NCBI GenBank assembly: GCA_003242515.2
Contig: QGUS02000003.1
Span: 12,647-76,646 of the forward strand
DNA: 64,000 nt
Direction of reading: 5' to 3'
Source of the DNA: Actinomycetes bacterium
GTDB taxonomy: Bacteria > Actinomycetota > Acidimicrobiia > Spongiisociales > ZC4RG35
Both the position numbers and the translations under genes were made by a program. The notes beneath the pieces are model-generated. The model saw only the letters and a list, made by a program, of their open reading frames with translations. It searched no databases and was not told the origin of the DNA. Below, in pieces: positions 18,832 through 23,894 of this stretch. Position 1 is the stretch's first letter. The number at the start of each line of letters is the position of its first letter.

Positions 18832-20439
18832 TCAGGCCTGGTCGAGGAGGAGGTCGGCGTACTGGTCGCGCACGACCTTCTTGTCGAACTTCCCGGTGCC
18901 GGTCTTCGGAATGGCCTCGATGAAGACGATCCTGTCCGGGAGCCACCAGGAGGCGACCCGACCTTCGAGGTGCTTGCGGAGCTCCTCCTCGGTGACCTCG
19001 CCCTTCCTGACCACGAAGGCCACCGGGCGCTCCTGCCACTTCGGGTGCTTGAGGCCGACCACCGTGGCCTCGGCCACGGCCGGATGGGCCATCAGCTCGT
19101 TCTCCAGGTCCAGCGAGGAGATCCACTCGCCACCGGACTTGATCACGTCCTTGGCCCGGTCGGTGATCCGGATGTAGCCCTCCGGGGTGATCTTGCAGAC
19201 GTCACCCGTGCGCATCCAACCGTCGACGAACGACTGGGCGGAGCGGTCGTCCTTGTAGTACTCACCGGCGATCCACGGGCCGCGGATCAGCAGCTCGCCG
19301 AACGCCTCGCCGTCGTGCGGGAGCTCCTCTCCCACCTCGTCGACGATCTTCACCTGCAGGCCGAAGACCGGGATGCCGGCCGTCTCGAGACGATCGAGCT
19401 GGTCCTCCAGCGGCCAGTCCTCCATGTGCGGCTTGAGCACGGCGACCGACGCGACCGGATTGGTCTCGGTCATGCCCCATCCCTGGATGATCCGGATCCC
19501 CTGAGCCTTCCAGAACCACTCGATCAGGGCCCGGGGGACGGCGGAGCCGCCGCACAGGAAGGCCCGGATCGACGACAGCCTGACATCGGGGTTCGCCTCC
19601 AGGTACTGCTTGATCCCCAGCCAGACCGTGGGGACACCGGCGCTGAAGGTCACGTTCTCCTCGGTGAACAGCTTCACCAGCCCCTGCGGCGAGAGGTCCG
19701 GTCCCGGGTAGGTGAGCTTGACGCCCCGGGTCACCGCCATGAACGGGTAGCCCCAGGCGGCGGCGTGGAACATCGGGACGACGGGCAGGACGTTGTCCGT
19801 CGGCTCGATGGGGAAGTTCGCCATGTTGTGGACGGTGTGGAGGTAGGTCGACCGCTGGGTGTATGCGACGCCCTTGGGGTTCCCCGTGGTGCCCGACGAG
19901 TAGCAGAGCATCATCGGCGACCGCTCGTCGAGCATCGGCCACTGCCCGTGCTCGGGCTGGTCGGCGATCAGGTCCTCGTAGGCGATGGAGCCGGGCAGGT
20001 CGTCGGATGCCTCCGGGCCCATGACCACCCAGTGCTTCACCGTCTCCATCTTCGAGGCGATCGGGGCGAGCAGCGGGACCAGGTCGGGGTCGACGAACAT
20101 CGCCTCGTCACCGGCGTGGTTGGCGACGTAGACGATCTGGTCGGCGAAGAGGCGGATGTTGATGGTGTGGCAGATCCGTCCGGTGTTGGCCGTCGCCCAG
20201 TAGAGCTCGTGGTGGCGGATGTTGTTCCAGGCGAAGGTACCCACTGCGGCGCCGCGCTCCAGGCCGAGGGCGTCGAACGCCGACGCGAGCCTGCGGACGC
20301 GATGGTCCGTCTCGGCGTAGGTGGTGCGGGTGATGGAGCGGTCGGCCTCGACCGACACGATCTCGGCGTCGGGGTGGATCCACACCGCGTGGTCGTAGAG
20401 CGTGGAGAGCAGGAGCGGGAAATCCATCATGTGGGGCAT
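18832..20439 (-). CDS. Long/medium-chain fatty-acid--CoA ligase (AMP-dependent synthetase)
   Basis: YSSGTTGNPKGV AMP-binding motif. 535 aa. GGGAGGA lies 5 nt upstream of the ATG. Confidence 0.85.
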   Translation of the reverse strand: MPHMMDFPLLLSTLYDHAVWIHPDAEIVSVEADRSITRTTYAETDHRVRRLASAFDALGLERGAAVGTFAWNNIRHHELYWATANTGRICHTINIRLFADQIVYVANHAGDEAMFVDPDLVPLLAPIASKMETVKHWVVMGPEASDDLPGSIAYEDLIADQPEHGQWPMLDERSPMMLCYSSGTTGNPKGVAYTQRSTYLHTVHNMANFPIEPTDNVLPVVPMFHAAAWGYPFMAVTRGVKLTYPGPDLSPQGLVKLFTEENVTFSAGVPTVWLGIKQYLEANPDVRLSSIRAFLCGGSAVPRALIEWFWKAQGIRIIQGWGMTETNPVASVAVLKPHMEDWPLEDQLDRLETAGIPVFGLQVKIVDEVGEELPHDGEAFGELLIRGPWIAGEYYKDDRSAQSFVDGWMRTGDVCKITPEGYIRITDRAKDVIKSGGEWISSLDLENELMAHPAVAEATVVGLKHPKWQERPVAFVVRKGEVTEEELRKHLEGRVASWWLPDRIVFIEAIPKTGTGKFDKKVVRDQYADLLLDQA

Positions 20440-20789
20440 CGAATCCTCCCTGCTGGTCGAAGACGCGCGGGAGGTTACGCGAGCAACCGGCGGGGTGGCC
20501 TGCCGACCGGCATCTTTTCCGCACCGCCCCCCATGCGCATCGGTGCCGCTCCGGCGGCAACTTCATCCGGACCGTCGGCCGCATCCGTCCTCCACGGAGT
20601 CGGGCCTTCCGGAGAGCTCCCGGGCTCCCCGTTCCCGGCGCTCCCCCTCCGCCCGGAAACGGGGGTCCGCTCGGAGCGCTGCTCCCCTGCCGACTTCGCC
20701 GCCACGCGTCGGGGGCACGACGAGGCGGCTCACGACCTGGTGGGAACCACCCCCGGCCCGTGGGGACGGAGGGCGGCTCCCGCGGAACG

Positions 20790-21128
20790 AGGGAGAAAAG
20801 AGAAACCCCGAGGGAGCCTCGGCCGAAGCCTCAACCCTCTCGGGGCTCTCTTGCCGCGCTTCGTCGGGCCGGGGACCCGAATCCGAGCGGACTCTCTTGC
20901 CACCGGCCGAAGCCGACGGCGGGTGCGGCCCGAGGGCCGCCGTTCCCGTTGCCGGGAACTGGTACAGGCCCGAAGGCCTGTTGCCGTTCGTCGGTGACGA
21001 TCCCGAAGGATCCCCGCCGAGCGATCGGCCATCCGAACGCTGCGGGCCGAAGCCCGGCTGCGATTCGGGAAACCTTCACGGACGGTCTCCCGCCCGATCC
21101 GGTGTCTCCGGGTTTCCCCTTCGACGTG
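20790..21128 (-). ncRNA. Candidate structured RNA, unit 2 (about 340 nt), minus strand
   Basis: Bounded by the promoter-like hexamers at 21163-21135 and the terminator-like repeat at 20850-20795. It contains hairpins with UUCG (5 copies including the repeat) and GCAA loops when read on the minus strand. Ends and strand are inferred, not measured. Confidence 0.3.
20795..20850 (-). repeat. 56-nt repeat copy A, terminator-like on the minus strand
   Basis: 54 of 56 nt identical to 21305-21360. Minus strand reads CCCCGAGAGGG..GGCUUCGGCC..CCCUCGGGG followed by UUUCUCUUUUCUCCC. Confidence 0.6.
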
Positions 21129-21134
21129 ACCGGA

Positions 21135-21163
21135 AAGTTACGCCACCAGGTGGGGTGGCACAA
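21135..21163 (-). promoter_or_regulatory. Sigma70-like promoter candidate for unit 2 (TTGTGC-17 nt-TAACTT on the minus strand)
   Basis: The hexamers sit at exactly the same offsets (331 bp shift) as the stronger promoter candidate of unit 1. Confidence 0.3.
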
Positions 21164-21180
21164 GCGGATTCGGCACTTGT

Positions 21181-21208
21181 TTTTCGCGAGCTGCGAGGAG
21201 TTTTCGCG
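21181..21208. promoter_or_regulatory. Pair of TTTTCGCG boxes, 20-bp centre spacing (module 2)
   Basis: TTTTCGCG at 21181-21188 and 21201-21208. The pair ends 17 nt upstream (minus-strand sense) of the -35 candidate. Confidence 0.35.
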
Positions 21209-21302
21209 CTCTGTGTACTCGAAGAACAGCACGAGACCTCTCGCGGCCCGGCGGGAGCCACCCCCACATCTCCACACGCTTCGCTTGGGGAAGGGCAGGG
21301 TG

Positions 21303-21459
21303 CGGAAATGAGAAACCCCGAGGGAGCCTCGGCCGAAGCCTCAGCCCTCTCGGGGCTCTCGGTGTCGTCTCTCCCGGGGAAAGCGGGCCCCCCGTTCGAG
21401 GCGACTGGTCTCCGGGGCCGAAGCCCCTTCGACGGTGACCGGGGCGAACCCCGTTCACG
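21303..21459 (-). ncRNA. Candidate structured small RNA, unit 1 (about 155 nt), minus strand
   Basis: Runs from just downstream of the TATGTT -10 (21471-21466) to the U-tract after repeat copy B. It has a 5' hairpin GUGAACGGGG-UUCG-CCCCGGUCAC, a long hairpin capped by GGGGC-UUCG-GCCCC, and a terminator hairpin. Confidence 0.35.
21305..21360 (-). repeat. 56-nt repeat copy B, terminator-like on the minus strand
   Basis: 54 of 56 nt identical to 20795-20850. On the minus strand it is followed by UUUCUCAUUUCC. Confidence 0.6.
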
Positions 21460-21465
21460 GCACGA

Positions 21466-21494
21466 AACATATGGGTCCCCTCCCGAGCCGTCAA
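21466..21494 (-). promoter_or_regulatory. Sigma70-like promoter candidate for unit 1 (TTGACG-17 nt-TATGTT on the minus strand)
   Basis: The reverse complement of 21489-21494 is TTGACG and that of 21466-21471 is TATGTT. The spacer is exactly 17 nt. Confidence 0.4.
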
Positions 21495-21511
21495 CCGGGA
21501 CCGCTCGCGAC

Positions 21512-21539
21512 TTTTCGCGGCTTGTCACGAATTTTCGCG
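21512..21539. promoter_or_regulatory. Pair of TTTTCGCG boxes, 20-bp centre spacing (module 1)
   Basis: TTTTCGCG at 21512-21519 and 21532-21539. Both are exactly 331 bp from the module 2 boxes, and 17 nt from the -35 candidate. Confidence 0.35.
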
Positions 21540-21565
21540 ACCGGTTTCTGTCCCACCCCCTACCT

Positions 21566-22384
21566 ATGATCGCCACCATGACCGCGACCGCGGCACAGGC
21601 CGTCCCGCTGCGACTCGAGAACCTCTCGCCCAGCCGGGCCGGCGACTTCAAGACCTGCCCCCAGCTCTTCAAGTTCCGGGCCATCGATCGCATCCCCGAG
21701 CCCGTGACCATCCATCAGGCGCGGGGCACCACGGCGCACCTTGCGCTGCAGCGTCTCTTCGACCTCCCCCGCACCAACCGCACCCCGGACACCCTGTTCG
21801 ACCTCTTCAGGCAGGCGTGGACCGAGATCCGGGGCGACGAGGAGTTCACCGGGCTCTTCCCGTCGGTCGAGGAGGAGCGCGCCTGGGGGATCGAGTCCCT
21901 CGGCCTCCTCGCCAACTACTTCGCCATCGAGGACCCGGCCACCTTCGAGCCGGTCGCCCGCGAGCTGGACATGACCGAGCAATTGGGCGACATAGTGATC
22001 CGGGGGATCCTCGACCGGATGGACCGCCGGCCCGACGGGGCGCTGGTGATCACCGACTACAAGACCGGCAAGGCGCCACCCGAGTCGTACGCCCTCCCCG
22101 CCTTCTTCGCCCTCAAGATCTACGCCCTGCTCATCCGGAACCGTCTCGGCGAGACCCCGGCGGAGTTGCGGCTCCTCTACCTGAACGGGCCGACCATGTA
22201 CACGCTGCCCGTCGACGACCGGCAGCTCGACGGCATGGAGAGCCAGCTGCGCGCCCTGTGGTCGGCCATCGACCGGGCGCTGGCCTCGGGCAACTTCCCG
22301 CCCCGGCCGGGGACCCTGTGCAACTGGTGCTCCTACCGGGACATGTGCCCGGCCTGGGTCGAGCCCCCGACCGAGTCGGTCTAG
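21566..22384 (+). CDS. PD-(D/E)XK nuclease, RecB-family exonuclease / Cas4-like with Fe-S cysteines
   Basis: ATG at 21566 (MIATMTATAAQ...). FKTCPQLFKF, GILDRMD, VITDYKTGK (D..D/ExK core) and C-terminal CNWCSYRDMCPAW. Codon usage changes sharply to high GC3 at this ATG. Confidence 0.8.
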   Translation: MIATMTATAAQAVPLRLENLSPSRAGDFKTCPQLFKFRAIDRIPEPVTIHQARGTTAHLALQRLFDLPRTNRTPDTLFDLFRQAWTEIRGDEEFTGLFPSVEEERAWGIESLGLLANYFAIEDPATFEPVARELDMTEQLGDIVIRGILDRMDRRPDGALVITDYKTGKAPPESYALPAFFALKIYALLIRNRLGETPAELRLLYLNGPTMYTLPVDDRQLDGMESQLRALWSAIDRALASGNFPPRPGTLCNWCSYRDMCPAWVEPPTESV

Positions 22385-22385
22385 A

Positions 22386-23684
22386 TCACGGGAAGACGCC
22401 GCGGACGAGCTTGGCGTCGGCGACCCGCTTGATGCCCTTGATCAGGGCGGCGGTGCGCATGTCCACGTTCTCCGAGATGGAGATCGAGTACACGTCGTCG
22501 AACGCCTTGGTCATGATCTCCCGGAGGCGCGCCACCGTCTCGTTCTCCGTCCAGAAGTACTTCTGGACGTCCTGAACCCATTCGAAGTAGGAGACGGTCA
22601 CACCACCGGCGTTGGCCAGGATGTCCGGGACGATGAAGACCTCGCGCTCGCGCAGGATCTCGTCGCCCTCGATGGTCGTCGGGTTGTTGGCTCCCTCGAT
22701 GATGATCCTGGCCTTCACGTCCCTGGCGGTGTCGGTGTTGATCACGCCCTGGACCGCGGCCGGGATGAGCACGTCGCACTCGAGCCCGAGGAGCTGCTCG
22801 TTGGTGATGTGGTCAGCCTCGGGGTAGCCCTCGAGGTACTTGTGCTCCTGCACCCACTTCTGGGCAGAAGGCACGTCGATCCCGTCCGGGTTGTAGATGC
22901 CGCCGGAGATGTCGGACACCGCGATCACCTTGTGTCCCGCCTGCTGGGCGGCGATGGCCGCGTACAGGCCGACGTTGCCGAAGCCATGGATGGCGACGTC
23001 GAGGCCGTTGCCGTCCAGGCCGATCGCGTTGGCGGCCTGCGGGATGAGGAACACCAGGCCGCGGCCGGTCGCCTCGCGCCGGGCGACGGAGCCGCCGAGT
23101 GCCGGGGGCTTGCCGGTGACGATGGCCGGCACCGCATGCCCGACGTACTGGCTGTAGGTGTCCATCAACCAGGCCATCACCTGCTCGTTGGTGCCCAGGT
23201 CGGGCGCAGGGATGTCCTTCTCGGGGCCGATGACGTTGATGATCTCCATGGTGTAGCGGCGGGTGACCCGCTGCAGCTCGGCGCGGGACAGCTGCATCGG
23301 GTCGATGCGGACTCCGCCCTTGGCGCCACCGAACGGGACGCCGACGATGGCGCACTTCCACGTCATCAGCATCGCGAGGGCGGCCACCTCGCCGAGGTTC
23401 ACGTCCGGCGCGTAGCGGATGCCGCCCTTGGTCGGGCCCATCGTGGTGAGGTGCTGGACCCGGTAGCCGAAGATGGTCTCGACGTCCTTGTATGTGTCAC
23501 GACGGAACGGGAAGGCGACGATCGTCGACTTCTGCGGGACACGGAGCCGGGCGGCGACGTTCTTGTCGAGACCCATCAACTCCGCCACACGGTCGAACTG
23601 CCCCACCGCGTCGTGGTACATGGGAGAGTCGAACTCGTGACCTACGTCCAACAAAGTTGATCCCTTCCTTGCGGGTGGCCTCAT
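22386..23684 (-). CDS. gdhA: Glutamate dehydrogenase (Glu/Leu/Phe/Val dehydrogenase family)
   Basis: KGGIRY and GVPFGGAKGG motifs with a Rossmann fold (GFGNVG). The start is uncertain: ATG at 23684, or TTG at 23654/23651 after AGGAAGGG. Confidence 0.88.
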   Translation of the reverse strand: MRPPARKGSTLLDVGHEFDSPMYHDAVGQFDRVAELMGLDKNVAARLRVPQKSTIVAFPFRRDTYKDVETIFGYRVQHLTTMGPTKGGIRYAPDVNLGEVAALAMLMTWKCAIVGVPFGGAKGGVRIDPMQLSRAELQRVTRRYTMEIINVIGPEKDIPAPDLGTNEQVMAWLMDTYSQYVGHAVPAIVTGKPPALGGSVARREATGRGLVFLIPQAANAIGLDGNGLDVAIHGFGNVGLYAAIAAQQAGHKVIAVSDISGGIYNPDGIDVPSAQKWVQEHKYLEGYPEADHITNEQLLGLECDVLIPAAVQGVINTDTARDVKARIIIEGANNPTTIEGDEILREREVFIVPDILANAGGVTVSYFEWVQDVQKYFWTENETVARLREIMTKAFDDVYSISISENVDMRTAALIKGIKRVADAKLVRGVFP

Positions 23685-23754
23685 CCTATTGATGGGCGCC
23701 GGGGTTGCCACTTCTCCGCGGAATCTGTCACACCCGGTTCGTAGGGTGACGACC

Positions 23755-23877
23755 ATGAACCAGAACTTCGACACCGAGAAGGTGTTCGCCGACCCGGCGG
23801 CGTGGCTCGCCCGCTTCGGCATCGCCGCCGAGGTCGTGGAGACCCTCGCCGAGCAGCCGCTGGCGGAGGCCGCCTGA
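23755..23877 (+). CDS. Small acidic protein (40 aa) upstream of adnA
   Basis: MNQNFDTEKVFADPAAWLARFGIAAEVVETLAEQPLAEAA. By hand count every third codon position is G/C, matching real genes. It ends 17 nt before the adnA GTG. Confidence 0.45.
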   Translation: MNQNFDTEKVFADPAAWLARFGIAAEVVETLAEQPLAEAA

Positions 23878-23894
23878 CCCCTACGATCGGTTCC

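Noticed and set aside
20795-21360. CRISPR array or MITE/IS element as an explanation for the 56-nt repeat.
   Set aside because: There are only two copies, in direct orientation, separated by 454 bp of structured sequence rather than by 25-40-bp spacers. No cas genes, transposase, terminal inverted repeats or target-site duplications are visible.
20402-21565. An open reading frame with no stop codon runs for about 388 codons across the non-coding gap, in frame with the nuclease gene (upstream part of track ORF 20402..22384). It even repeats a peptide motif (RNPEGASAEASxLSGLS).
   Set aside because: Third-position GC is near the bulk composition (about 65 percent by hand count) rather than the more than 90 percent seen in real genes here. 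Rare codons are frequent and the translation is low-complexity R/S/P/G. By my scan the plus strand of the region has only 4 stop triplets in total, so one frame escaping them is not very surprising. The peptide repeat is simply the 56-nt DNA repeat. A decayed or disordered N-terminal extension is kept as the main alternative hypothesis.
20440-21565. A known housekeeping RNA (tmRNA, RNase P RNA, SRP RNA, 6S, 6C) hidden in the gap.
   Set aside because: I could not find the tmRNA 5' GGGGCUGA / 3' UCCACCA ends or a tag ORF. I also found no RNase P GAGGAAAGUCC core, no SRP GGAA/AGCA domain IV motif, and no twin C-rich loops of 6C RNA. This was a by-eye check only and needs cmscan.
20730-21711. Other ORFs inside the gap: 20760..21311 (+), 20730..21032 (-), 20831..21277 (-), 21076..21711 (-), 21138..21494 (-).
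   Set aside because: The translations are Arg/Pro/Gly-rich and look like nonsense. There are no RBS-start arrangements and no codon bias, and the ORFs overlap one another in mutually exclusive frames.
23689-23754. The longer 62-aa version of the small ORF upstream of adnA (start at 23689).
   Set aside because: The first 22 codons (MMGAGVATSPRNLSHPVRRVTT) lack the codon bias of the downstream 40 codons and overlap the gdh promoter/start region. Only the ATG 23755 version is retained, at low confidence.
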